A stretch of DNA of 64,000 bases from Felis catus (lineage: Eukaryota). A program made the position numbers and the translations under genes. Within the stretch, counting starts at the first letter, position 1. Every line of letters begins with the position of its first letter. The notes beneath the pieces are model-generated. The model was not told where the DNA came from and searched no databases. It was given only the letters and a program-made list of their open reading frames with translations. This document shows positions 39,661-52,592 of the stretch, piece by piece. The stretch is from NCBI RefSeq assembly GCF_018350175.1, contig NC_058368.1, positions 39,930,001 to 39,994,000 on the forward strand, in the 5' to 3' direction.

Positions 39661-41221
39661 TTAATGTACTTTAGGACAATGACTCCTAATACTGTTACTC
39701 GAGTTTCTTACCATCTGTATAACTGGGATTTTGTTACTCCTTTTAGCATGATCAGGCCATACTGTCTTCTTTTTAACACAGTGCTATGGTTTCTTCTAAA
39801 GTTATTAATTATTAGAAAAGAACTGAATTATATTAAAAAATTAACCCAAAATAAATTTGCTTCAATGATATAGCTGTTTAAAAAAAGTTCCCTTTATTTG
39901 CAAAGGAGATATTCCAAAATTAAGAACTGGAAAATATGTTGGGAGAAAAGCTTAGCCAAATCCTCTTAATCTTTCTTCCATTTGGGCTATATTTATTTAA
40001 GCAATCACAGATAAGAGATTATATAAATTCATAGATGTACCAGAAATAAAATTAACTGCAATGCCAAGTTTCCTCAATTAAGTTGGGGGCTGTAAATGGA
40101 AGATTAATTCTATGGTCTTCACGTGTTTTACAAATCCACAATGTTAACTGACATCAAATTTTTAAAATGTGCTGTACTTCCTGCAGTTATGAGAAACCTA
40201 AAAGCTAAATGATTCCAAGTTTAGTCATAAAAATGGCTCAGATGGTTCCCCTTTTGTTACTGTGTGTGAGAGCTTTCTATACTGTATTAACTAGACATGT
40301 AAAGAATATTGCTTCCCATTCTATTTACACACGACACTGCTGTTAGCTATACATGGTTGAAAAGGCTAAACAGTCTCATGAATGCCCTTGTGAAATCTTG
40401 AATTACAGTTCCCCTTCAGAAATAAACTAATATTTTTGCTAGACTTAGACAATTCAGAAACGCACACACACATGGGTTTGTATATATTTATGTAAAGTAC
40501 TTAATTTTACGTTATCATCTTACCATACTTCCTGAATTTACTCTTCTGGAAACTTAAACACAAAATAAATTTAGTATCAAAAGAAGAGACAATCTTTTTA
40601 AACCAAACAATAAACAACTCAGGACATTAGTATGGAAGAATATGAAAAAGTTAATCTTCAGAAGAACAGAGCAATAAAAACAAGGTCTGTCCAAACTCTT
40701 CATTAATAATTGAAACACGGATGCATACGTGAAGTGCCTTGTAAGTAATAAGCACTAGGCATAAATATTTAGCAGTTTGCTTATGAAATGTGTCCTAAAT
40801 TATGTCTAAATGTTAACAAGGATGTCTTATACTGACAGAACAATGAGGGACATAAATATTTCAAAGCAGCAAGCATGACAGGTAGAAGCTAAGAAAACAC
40901 AGGCATCTTCTGTGTTCTTCTAACTCTTCAACCTTTAGATATGTGCTTTTTAAGTTTAATAGGAACAAAGTGTTTCCCCATCAAAGCCAATGTTTATATC
41001 AGTTACATCAAAGCTATACTGGGATCTCTTTAAAGTACACTTATCAGACAAAGAATGCATACAAAGTGAGGTGTGTTAGTGGTACAAAGAGAATTGACAA
41101 ATAAGACAACATATTGAAGTGAAATGTTCTCCTTAATAGCTAATGCACTCTATTTTGTGTTTTGATCCACCCTCTTACAAAGACACATGTAGATCATGGA
41201 AAATTCTCAAGGCTATTACTT

Positions 41222-41292
41222 GACACACGCGTGCACATGCGCGCACAAACACGCACAGAAAACCACACACACGCACGCACGCACACACACGT
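41222..41292. repeat. (CA)/(CG) mixed alternating purine-pyrimidine repeat
   Basis: gacacacgcgtgcacatgcgcgcac...acacacgcacgcacgcacacacacgtg. Confidence 0.85.
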
Positions 41293-41547
41293 GAAAACAT
41301 AAACTTCGCAGAAAATGGGTAAGATTGATTGTACCTGTCCTTTACTTGAAAAAAATGCGTTCTCCAATAGTGCCAAAATAGCATAATATCAGACAGGATA
41401 TTTGGGGCATATAATATAGTCAATATAACTTTCTTTTCTAATACCAAGCGTTTTAACCTAACCTAATAAATAGTCAGGTATAAGCAAAATGACACAGATC
41501 TTTGAATAATGAAAATGTATGGAGATAGGATTAAGAAAAAAACCTCA

Positions 41548-41762
41548 GGGGCGCCTGGGTGGCTCAGTCGGTTAAACGACCGACTTCGGCTCAGGTCATG
41601 ACCTTGCGGTCCATGGGTTCGAGCCCCGCGTCGGGCTCTGTGCTGACAGCTCAGAGCCTGGAGCCTGTTTCGGATTCTGTGTCTCCCTCTCTCTGACCCT
41701 CCCCCGTTCATGCTCTGTCTCTCTCTGTCTCAAAAATAAATAAACGTTAAAAAAAATTAAAA
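41548..41762 (+). mobile_element. Young felid CanSINE
   Basis: CpG-rich full element. Perfect TSD aagaaaaaaacctca at 41533 and 41763. Confidence 0.97.
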
Positions 41763-42329
41763 AAGAAAAAAACCTCAGATGCCACCATAGTTCAACCACA
41801 GATATACTGTGTAGCTTTAGAAAAGTCACTCATATTCTCCTGAAATAACATTGCTCTAAATAAAGTAATAAAAAAAATTGTCATAAACTCAATTACGATA
41901 TAAAGTTATTTGACAACATAAAATAAAAAAGCTAGAGGAGCACTGAACCTATTTGATGAAACAATATTCAAGAATCATAATATAGAAGCATCTCTATTAA
42001 TGTGAGCATTTAGACTGCTGACTTTCAATACAAGAGAGAGTGATTTTTACTAAATTTAATGAATTTTTCCAGACAATGGCTATTTTTGCTTTCTGTTTTA
42101 TTTTATTATATGTGGTAATAGTCATGATACATTCTATTTTATTACTATGTTATTTCTTGTTCTGACAGTATAATTTCCCTAAAATTACTCCTTCAGAGAC
42201 TATCAGTAACTTTCTTATTGTTGTGTCAATGTTTTCTCACAACAACGTTTTCTCATCCTAAACCACTTGGCTATTTACAATGACACTGATTATCGTTCTT
42301 TATCTCCACTCATACATTCCTTCATTTAC

Positions 42330-43417
42330 TCGTTTACCCACTCAATCTATACAAATTACTGAGTTTTTACTGTGAATCATGGCTCTAATCATGACCCCTG
42401 AGCTCTTACTCAAAACCTGGCCCTTCTATATTTCTAGTGCATATTCTCCTAATACCACATATTCACTTTACTAAAATGAACCAATGATTTCAAACTTCAC
42501 CAAACTGGCTCACAATTTGAAATGCAACATTATTGTCAGGAAAAAGAACTTGTGGATATTACCTCAATTTTCTCTCTAAAGTTCATCCCAATTTTGAATG
42601 CTGAGTGGTTTTCTGTAGCTGAATTCATCAAGTTCAAATAGTTGTGTGTATACTGCAATGCCTGCTGTTGCTTTAAACTGATCTCAACTCTCTCATTTCT
42701 ATCATAGATATCCATAGAGTATACACTTTACTTCCTAATTATTTTCAAATCTTTTCAATTACTTTACAATTCAAATCTTTCAATACTCTGCTGAAGTATT
42801 GAAGGAATTACATATTCCTTTAATAACCTCTCCTAGCAGTTTTGTACACTTAATAGAAGGTTGCCAAGCCAAACTTCAAAATTATTTTATTCATCATGAA
42901 AAGAAAACCAAATATTGTCTCATTGGTCAAAAAATAAAGGCAAAAATTCTTAACACACAAGGTTCTTCAAAGTTTATGTTGTATGAGAGTCTAAGCTACT
43001 ATCCAGATTCACATCAGGCCATTCTGCTCTCCATTCTCTCTGATATCGTAAATGTTTTAAGTCCTAGATACACTTCATGTTGTTCTTCCTATAAGACCTT
43101 TGTATATGCTGTTTCTCTGCCTTGACTAATCGTTTATCCTCTTTTAATAGACTTCCAGTCATTCAACCAGGATCAAACTCATTTCTCCATGAAAACGTCT
43201 CTGAGATTCGGACTTTATTCTCTCTGTTGTAGCCCTTATATTACATTGAACCTCTCCTTCAAAATACTTTTTCACAGCCAAAATTTTTTGTAATAATTAA
43301 ATTAATGTCTGTTTTAAATGGAAGACTATAAACCCATGGAGAAGGAAATACTTGTGTTCATATTGAGCATTATATTCTATGCCTATGCTACAAACGATAT
43401 TGTTGAATGAATGAATT
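42330..43417 (+). mobile_element. L2 relic with 3' end
   Basis: 'cctttgtatatgctgtttctctgccttga', 'gaagactataaacccatggagaagga', ending 'tattgttgaatgaatgaat'. Confidence 0.65.
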
Positions 43418-46398
43418 TCAAAAATAATATTTCAGCTTGGTCCTTTCTGAGCCATTGATATAAGCCTGACACTATTTCTACTTTCTTGTGTGTAGACAAT
43501 AGATCCTGATTTACCATTTAGAATAGCTTTCGTGTATGTAGACAATAGATCCTAATTTACCATTACAACAGATTTTCATTTATGGTTATCATTTCAATAA
43601 TTTATAAAGAGAAATAATATTGTGTAATGTTCGCAACTCACTTTACTTTTAAAAACAGAATATCACTAAAGCATTATAGAGTATATTTCAATAGCGTATA
43701 CCTTTAATATAATTTATGTTTATAGAAATTAACTAGCAACTTTATAGCTAAAATAGATATTTTAATAAATAAAGGGATGTCTAGTTTTGATTAAAAAGTA
43801 TAAAAAGCCCTTTTAATCTAAGTCAAATAAATAATATATTCTTTTCACTGCCTGATGCTATAATTTTTTAATTTGGTTACTATTATTATAAACTTAAAAA
43901 TTAGATTACATTTTCCCTTATATATAGGTTAGATATTTGTGATGTGTACATTCCTATTAATTTTATTCATATCTGTAATTCAGTGCAACCCCATTCACAA
44001 ATAGCTCATCCCAAATAATTCATTTATTTTCTTCATGTGGAGAACCAATTTTAATTGGAGGAAACAATTGCAAATTTTAAGTTTTGTTACCCTCTACAGA
44101 ATTTTACCATAAAAAACTATTCCATATATTCTCCAGCCATCATAGGTATATCTCATATAACATGTCAGTATTGCTTTACTATAACTGACATTATGTAGTG
44201 TCTTAAGAGACAAAAAAAAAAAAACGATCACTTATCATTTAAGAGACACTTTAATCCACTACACCTAGGTCTGGTATTATAAACTATAATCTGAAAATTA
44301 AGCATGCAGACAAGGAGACATAAGAATTTTGCTGAGTATATGAAGTATTGGATTGGTGTTGACACTACTGTGTAAAACCAGGCAAAGAGCCATAGCACTA
44401 TCTCTGTGGCTGAGTAATCGCTTTGGAAGAATGTTTTCTATAGTCCTCCCAGAAAGCAAGATGCTGTGGTAAGGAATCCTTTTAGACATCACTTTCATGA
44501 AGTCACTTCTTCTTTGACAAAGCAACTGAAACTTGAGATTCCTATCTTTACTTTCTTTCAAAGTAACAACTGCCAAAAACAAGCTTAAAGGTTTTAGTTA
44601 AATGAGTCGGAAAAAAAACAAAAACAAAAAAACATGAGGGTGTAGGTGAAAGAATCTAAGTCTACCAATTTTTAGGATATCTGTATTCAAGAAGCATTTT
44701 ATTCACACATTCAATTAAAACAATTACCAAACTATATGGTAATATTTTTGCTTACAGTATTTAGACTAAAACACGAGTTTCTTAAAGTTGAAAGAATGTA
44801 TACTATGTTTTTTAACCTTCATTCCCCTATACAATACATAGGAATTATGCAATAAATACAATAAGTATTCTTAATTGAAAGTCTTTATTTCAAACAAATA
44901 CTGATATTTAAACTTGCTTAAAACTATTTTTGTTGTATAACTCTGCTATTTGGGAAGGGGAATGTCAAGAACATTTAAGATAAGTGTCATAGCTTTGTGA
45001 TTCCTAATCAAAATGGAAAACATGAAAAAATGGGAAAAACATGTATTACTTTCAAAAAACTTATTGTCAAAATAAGTCTTTCAGAATAGAAATTTCTCAC
45101 CAAGCTCAAAACTGACCAATCAATGATCTGTTAGTCAGAAGATATGAAAATAAACTTTTCATTCATACTTCACCTGACCTAATGTGAAAATTTGGTATTA
45201 ATGAGTAAATTCTCTTATTTTCTCTAAAACTTTATCTTCCCTTATGCTTGTGTTTTCAACCAATACAGAGTAAAAGAGACTAGATTTACCTTCTTTCTTG
45301 AGAGAAGTGAAAAAGGACAAAATATATAAAACAACTGTTTTTAAACAGTGGACATCAGACAACATGAAAGACTAGTCCTTGAGAGAGGGGAGACACATAC
45401 TCTTAAGCCTATGTTTGCTCCCTGATTAATGCTTGTAGAGAGCTTCCAACAGGTAGGGCAAGCGCAGATACCCAGAGTCTAATTATCCCTCCTACTTGAG
45501 GAAACTTAAATAGAAGTCAAGGAGTATCAAGGCATCAATGTCTACAACAAGCTGAAGAAGAGTAAAGAGCTACAAAGATAGTTTCAGAGATCTGCAAAGG
45601 TATCTCTTAGTTTAAATCTGAGTTCAATTTGAATCAGAACACGTTAATGAAGAAACTTTCCAAGACTGGGGAAAGAGTCTCACTTCCCAAAAGGAAAATA
45701 GGGAACAAAACTCCAATATCATACAAGCATTGTGTATATTTCCATTACCCAGGTTTAAAAAAATCACATTGAATTAGGTAGAGAATTTAGAAGGACATTG
45801 TTTCAGTACAGGAAAATATTATCCCAAAATATGTGCTCTGGTCTCACATTGCAAAGCTTAAAAGAAAAATTCAAAAGTTCAAAATTTTTTCAAGTAACTG
45901 TATCCCCAGAAAAATAAAGAATATGTATAGAAATAAAAATAACCATTAACAAATAACATAAAACCACAATGTCTCTCATACAATCAAACTTTGGCAGGCG
46001 TGCAAAGAAAAAGAAAAATACAACCCATAATTAGAGAGGAAGAAAACCACAACCGATTAAAATGAAAGCAGAAATGACACAATGATAGAATTAATGAACA
46101 AGACTCATTAAAGAAAGCAGACGAAAGACTATGTTAAAAAACAAACATAGAAAGGTATAAAAAAATGAAACCAAACTTCTAGAGTTTAAACATAAAGTAA
46201 ATAAAAAATATTTAAAACAAATTTATGAGAGATTAACAGTAGACTGGACATAGTAGGATAAAAAGTTAAGGTTAATGAATTTAAAAAGAAAAAGGCATGT
46301 TATGTACACAGATAAAAAGTAAGGATTACAGCCAACTTCTGTCTAAAAAACGCAAGCGAGAAGACAGTGTAGCAACATCTTTAAAGTACTGAAACATT

Positions 46399-46590
46399 GG
46401 GGTGCCTGGGTGGCTTGGTTGAGCAACCCACTTCAGCTCAGGTCATGATCTCAGAGTTTGTGAGTTCGAGCCTCACTCGGGCTCTGTTCTGACAGCTCAG
46501 AGCCTGGAGCCTGCTTCTGATTCTCCCTCTCTCTCTCTGCCCCTCCCCCACTCATGCTCTGTCTCAGAAATAAACATTTAAATAAAATTT
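46399..46590 (+). mobile_element. CanSINE
   Basis: TSD taaagtactgaaaca / taaagtacggaaaca. Confidence 0.93.
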
Positions 46591-48377
46591 TAAAGTACGG
46601 AAACAAACAAAAAAAGCACGTAAACCTAAATTTTATATTCAGCCAACATTTTTCACAAGATGAGGGGAAAAAGGAATATTCATACAACAAAAACAGAAAG
46701 GATTCACCACCAGGAAACCCAGACTAAAGAAATGTTAAATAAGGTCTCGAGGGCAAAGGAAAATGATAACAAATAGAAATCTGGATCTAGAGTGAGGAAA
46801 AAAAATCAGAACTAGTAAATACATGGGTAAATATGAAAATTTTTATTTTAAATCTTTTAAGAATAATTGACTATTTTAAGATAATTTAAAAATATTACCA
46901 ATGGACTATGGGATCATAATGTATTCCAATGGAATTAATTTTGAAAGTAATATCAGAAAGATAATTATAAAAATCACTAAATATTTGACTAAAAAAAAAA
47001 AACTCCTAATGAACCATGGTTGAAAGGAAATGAATTGAAGATAGTATTTTGAAAAATACAATGTGGCAAACATGTAGGATACAACAAAAGCATATTAAAT
47101 TTCTTTATTAGAAAGGAAGAAATGCCTTAAATCAGTCAATTCAGCTTCCAACCTACAAAGCTACGAAAAACAAATGAAATCCAAAATAAGCAGAAAATAA
47201 AAGAATGATAATTTCAGAAACCAAAACAACTGGTTTCTGGAAACAAAATAACAAAATTAATGAAAGACCACTTCACCTGAGAAAAATCAATACACTTAAT
47301 AAACTTACAGTTGGATTGATCAGGATATAAGAGAGGAAAAGCACAAATTACCAATACTGTAACTGAAATTGGGTATATTACCACACACACAAGGTAAATC
47401 GAAAAGATAATAAGAGATTGTTATGAATAACTTTTGGTTAATATATTTAAAAGAAGAGTTGAAATGCACAAATTATTTAAAAGATATATAAAACTTACAT
47501 AAGAAGGAATATATAACATGTATAGCCCTGTATCTATTAAAGAAATTGAATTTATAATTAGAAACTTTACCACAAATTAAACCCCAGAGCAGATGGCCTT
47601 CTGGGTGAATTCTAATATTTAGTTCCATACACAATCTCTCAGATACTCATTCTGCCAGAAAATTAAAGAGGAATAAAAAGGTGGCAGGAACACAAACGAA
47701 CTTATTCTACAAGGCCAACATTATCCCAGTTAAAAATAAAAAAAGAGAGAGAGATATTATAAGAATGGAAAACAGACCTATATCCTTCGCAAAGAACAAT
47801 ATTAAAACAATTGTTTTTTTAAAAAAAATAAACTTAATTAAAAGTTAACAACTTGAACTGAACAGCATAAAAATGATGATATATTATGAGTAAACAGAGT
47901 CTATCCTAGGAACACAAAGTTAATTCAACATTCAAAATCAATCCATAAATTTAATATATTAATAAACTATCAAGAGAAAATAATAGGATAATCTCAAGAG
48001 ATACAGAAAACCACTTGACATTTGTGAAAAAAATTCTCAGAAAACGACTTCGATCTGATCAAAGCTGTTTATAGAAAGTAAAGAACTAACAGCGTATTTA
48101 AGAATGAAAATGCTTTTCATCTCAGATAACAGGCAGAGCAACAATGTTCTCGCTTACCACTCCTATTCAACACTTTACTGGAAATTTTAGACAATGCAAT
48201 AAAACATGAAAAAGAAAAAAAAAGCATAGCAGTTAGAAAGAAGGAAAAAAAACCTTTTTATTCACAGATGACATGGTTTTCTATATAGAAAATCCTCCTG
48301 AATAAGCAATATTAATTATGAAAACTCATCAGCTAGATTGCAAGAAATGAAGTCATTACCTAAAAGAATCAAATGTG

Positions 48378-48592
48378 GGGCACCTGGGTGGCTCAGTCGG
48401 TTAAGCGTCCGACTTCGGCTCAGGTCATGATCTCACGGTCCATGAGTTCGAGCCCCGCGTCGGGCTCTGTGCTGACAGCTCAGAGCCTGGAGCCTGTTTC
48501 AGACTCTGTATCCCCCTCTCTCTCTGACCCTCCCCCATTCATGCTCTGTCTCTCTCTGTCTCAAAAATAAATAAAAATGTTAAATATACATA

Positions 48593-48629
<37 letters not shown>
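48378..48629 (+). mobile_element. CanSINE with (TAAA)n tail
   Basis: Perfect TSD aaaagaatcaaatgtg at 48362 and 48630. Confidence 0.96.
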
Positions 48630-48631
<2 letters not shown>

Positions 48632-49026
48632 AAGAATCAAATGTGATTCTAAATTCTAGCATCAATCAGAAATTAATTTTATAATGTATAACAACAAATA
48701 TAATAATTAAACATAAAATTTTAAAATATGTGTAGAACCTGAATTCTAAAATTATCAAACACAAACAAAACATAATTAAATGGAAAAATCTACATATGGA
48801 CAGGAATACTTAATATTGTAGAGATACCAATTCTCCACAAATTGATATGAGTGCAATTTTTGTATAAAATCATAAACTGATTAAATAATGTATATGGAAA
48901 TAAGATTGAATCTGTACTAGCCAAAGCAAACTTGAAAAGGATAAACAAAATTTCAGTACTCACAACACCTATTTTTAGGACTTATAAACCAGTAGTAATC
49001 AGAATAGAATAGTGTTGGACAGCTAT

Positions 49027-49150
49027 GTAGCACCTGGATGGCTCAGCTGGTTAAGCGTTTAACCCTTGATTTCAGCTCAGGTCAAGATCTCGTGATTCAT
49101 GAGATCAAGCCCCACACTGGGTTCCATGCTGAACTTGGAACCTGCTTAAG

Positions 49151-49208
<58 letters not shown>

Positions 49209-49330
49209 CCCCTCTCCCTCTCCCTCTCCCTCTCCCTCTCCCTCTCTCTCTCTCCCCACCCCTCTGCCCCTCTCCTCCACTGGTACCGTCTCTCCCTCTC
49301 TCTCTCTAAAATGAAAAAAAAAAAATAGGA
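49027..49330 (+). mobile_element. CanSINE with long (CT)n/(CTCCCT)n expansion
   Basis: Degenerate TSD agaatagtgttggacagctat / agaatggtgtttaacatctat. Confidence 0.92.
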
Positions 49331-49770
49331 AAGAATGGTGTTTAACATCTATATCTATCTATCTGTCATCTCTGTATCTACACAACAATGGAACATACAG
49401 ATTACACAATACCCAAACATATATGTACAATTGATTGTTGACACATTTCCCAAGGAAATTTAGAGGAGAAATTTAATTTTTCAACACATGCTGTAGGAAC
49501 AGTTGAGTAGCTATATGAAAAAGAAGTAAAATTTGGCCCTTGACCTTATGGCACATACAAAAATTAATTTGAAACTGAATATAGGAACTAAGGATATAAA
49601 CTTCTAAAAGAACACAAAAAAGAAAGCTTTGTGATCTTCGGTTGGGCAAAATAAACAAAAATTCATATACAACACAATAAACATACACTATGAATGAAAA
49701 AATCAACAATTTGGACTAAATAAAATTAAAACCTCTTCTTCAAAACATATTGTTTAAAAACATAAAAGTT

Positions 49771-49965
49771 AAGGTTCCTGGATAGCTCAGTCTATTAAGC
49801 ATTCAAGTCTTGATTTGGGCTCACATCATGATCTCATGCTTCATGAGATGGAGCCCCATGTCAGGCTGCACACTGTCAGCACAGACCCTGCTTGGGATTC
49901 TCTCTCTCCATCTCTCTCTGCCCCTTTGCCCCCCTCCAAAATAAATAAATAAACATTTAAAAAAA
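49771..49965 (+). mobile_element. CanSINE (older)
   Basis: ggttcctggatagctcag...aataaacatttaaaa. TSD aaaaacat(g)aaaagtt. Confidence 0.9.
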
Positions 49966-50527
49966 AACATGAAAAGTTGAGCCAGGGACTAGAAAATAGT
50001 ATTTGTAAAATATATATCTGACAAATAAATTATGCCTGATATATAAAAAAACACAAATATTATAAAGAAAAACAAGCTAATAAAAGTGGGCAAAATATTC
50101 AAATTAACATTTCACCAAAAAAATATATTTTGATAGAAAATCATTCCATAGAAAGATCGTTAAAGTAACTGGGTATTAAGAAAATGCAAACTAAAACCAT
50201 AATGAGATACCAATACACATTCACTACACTGGATGAAACTGTAAAGACTGACCATGTCATGTTGGTAAAAATTATAAATCAACCACTACTGGAGGGAATG
50301 TAAAGTCCATAAAAACACTTTGGAAAATAGTTCAAAAAATTTTTGAAATATTATACAACTGTTCAACTATGAGATATTTACTCAAGAGAAATATAATTGT
50401 ATGTTCACAAAAAAAGACATTTACCAGATAATATCAGCAATCTTATTTGTAATATAGGGAAATATGCAAATAGCAAGATTATGGTACACACTACTCGGAA
50501 AAATTGTGAAGAAAAGAATAAACTATT

Positions 50528-50712
50528 GGGTCACCTGGGTGGCTTAGTCGGTTGAGCATCTGACCCTTGATTTAGGCTCATGTCACTATGTCCTGGTTTG
50601 TGAGATCAAGCCCCACGTTGGGCCTGCACTGACATCAGGGAGCCTGCTTGGGAGCCTCCCTCTCTGCCCCTCCCCTCACTCGTGCTCTATCTCTAAAATT
50701 AAATAAATATTA
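50528..50712 (+). mobile_element. CanSINE (older)
   Basis: gggtcacctgggtggcttagtcgg... TSD aaagaataaact. Confidence 0.9.
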
Positions 50713-52294
50713 AAAAGAATAAACTTCCTTATATTCTTTATACATATTTATATATGCAACAATATGGATGAAATTCAAAATGATTATTTTGAAAAAAAGA
50801 AACCAGACTAAAAGAGCCTATACTCTATGATTTGCTGTATAAAATTCTAGAAAATTCTAGAAAAGTAAGCTACTCTGTCATGAAAGAAATCATATCAGTA
50901 TTTGGCCTTGAGATGACAAAATGATAGAGCAGAAAAGATGTAAAATGCCATGAGAAAACTTTTGTTTTAATGGATATCCTCAGTATCATGATTGTGGAAG
51001 TTATTTCACAGGTATACACAAGTCAGTACTAATCAAAGTATATACTTTCAGTATGTTCAGTTCACCGTACTTAATTATACCTCACTATAGCTTTAAACAC
51101 TTTTTTTTGAGAAAGCATATTTTTCTTTTTTCATTTTGGGGGCAAGATTTCTATCAGGGGTTTCTGACCTGGCTGTGAGTAAGCTGCCTCAGTCATTGTT
51201 CCCATTAGCTGTGGCCATCCCACCTGTATAGAGATAGCTCTTCATTAGAGACATTAGTTGTTCTACAGATGTAGGCTATCATTTCCTTTACGTTCTCTGA
51301 GAATGAGTTTTCTTTACTATAAATTCAAGAAAATAGATCATTTGTCTTAGATAAATGAGATTTTCACAGATAGTTGGATCTCAAATATACTGCTTTTGCT
51401 CCCATTTTGTATGATGATAATTTATCTCTTTTGTCCATCTGACAGTATATGTATTTTAAATTCCAATGAAGATATCACTTTTATTTCTATTCTTTTTCTC
51501 CACTCATAAAACTGAATGCATGATTTCAACTGCATGTAGATGCCAAATCATTTGGTATGATTCATGTAGCTATTCTGCAAGGTGGCAATATTTAAATGGA
51601 TTAATTTCATATGTCCTGTCTTTCTATACAGTAAATGTGTAGAAAATTATATGTCTCTTAGTTTAATATAAGAGGAAGCTCAATTATGTTGAAAATAAAT
51701 AAATAATAGAGATGCTTTCAAGATTGGTGATGCAGAAATGCTTTGTATTACTTCATTGGTGAGAAAGAACCCCAGATCCATTCAAGATATCTTAAGAGAA
51801 AATATGATTCCATATGTAAAAACCAAGCAGTAAAAATGGAACAATGAAGTTAAATGGTGGAAAAAATCAAGGATGGCTGGATTAAAAAGGTTAATTACTC
51901 CAAAAATTAGGGAGAGAGTGAGGTTGAAATATAAGTAATGATAATTAGGGACTGTGCTAATAAATTGAATCTTATTTGCAACTTTGTCTTATTAACTACA
52001 AAGAATAGCAGACCATTTATACATTGTCCAGTAGTGGTAAACTATCTATTTACTTTGTTCACATAAAAGAATGTAATTTGTAGCCCATGTGTCCAGAATA
52101 AACTCATTAGGACAGAACTGATAAATTCTTGAGCAAAAAAAAAAAAAAAAAAAAAACTAAGTCAGCAATGTTAGTTTTTCCTTGGGCAGAAATTAGTAGA
52201 GAGCTAATCATATTTCAGTAGAATAGTAAAAGCACTGCAACTTGTAGAATTGAGATCTCTCGTTAGTGTCCCAAAAATAATGAAGCAAGAAGAA

Positions 52295-52513
52295 ATTTTT
52301 TTAATATTTATTTATTTTGAGAGAGAAAGAGAGAGAGGGAGGGTGCACATAAGCAAGGGAGGGGCAGAGAGAGAGGGAGAAAGAGAATCCCAAGTAGGCT
52401 TTGTGCTGTCAGCATAGAGTCTGATGCAGGACTGGATCTGAAGAACTGTGAAATCATGACCTCAGCTGAAATTAAGAGTTAGACACTTAGCCCACTGAGC
52501 CACCCAAGTGCCC
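52295..52513 (-). mobile_element. CanSINE
   Basis: Antisense SINE. TSD agca(a)gaagaaattttt. Confidence 0.92.
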
Positions 52514-52592
52514 TAGCAGAAGAAATTTTTAAGAAGACATTCTTTGGTCATTCAATTCATGAAGTTGGAGCAAGAAATTCTTGAAAACTTGA

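Larger units (their letters stand above)
45255..51097 (+). mobile_element. Long ancient L1ME-like element (5'UTR to 3'UTR, internally deleted), host to five SINEs
   Basis: Collinear 5' motif ('agatttaccttc...gacaaaatatataaaacaactgtttt'), ORF1 end, ORF2 motifs ('gatggccttctgggtgaattcta', 'ttattcacagatgacatgg' = FTDDM RT core) and a 3' end ('gattgtggaagttatttcacaggtata...aattatacctcactatagc'). Confidence 0.8.
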
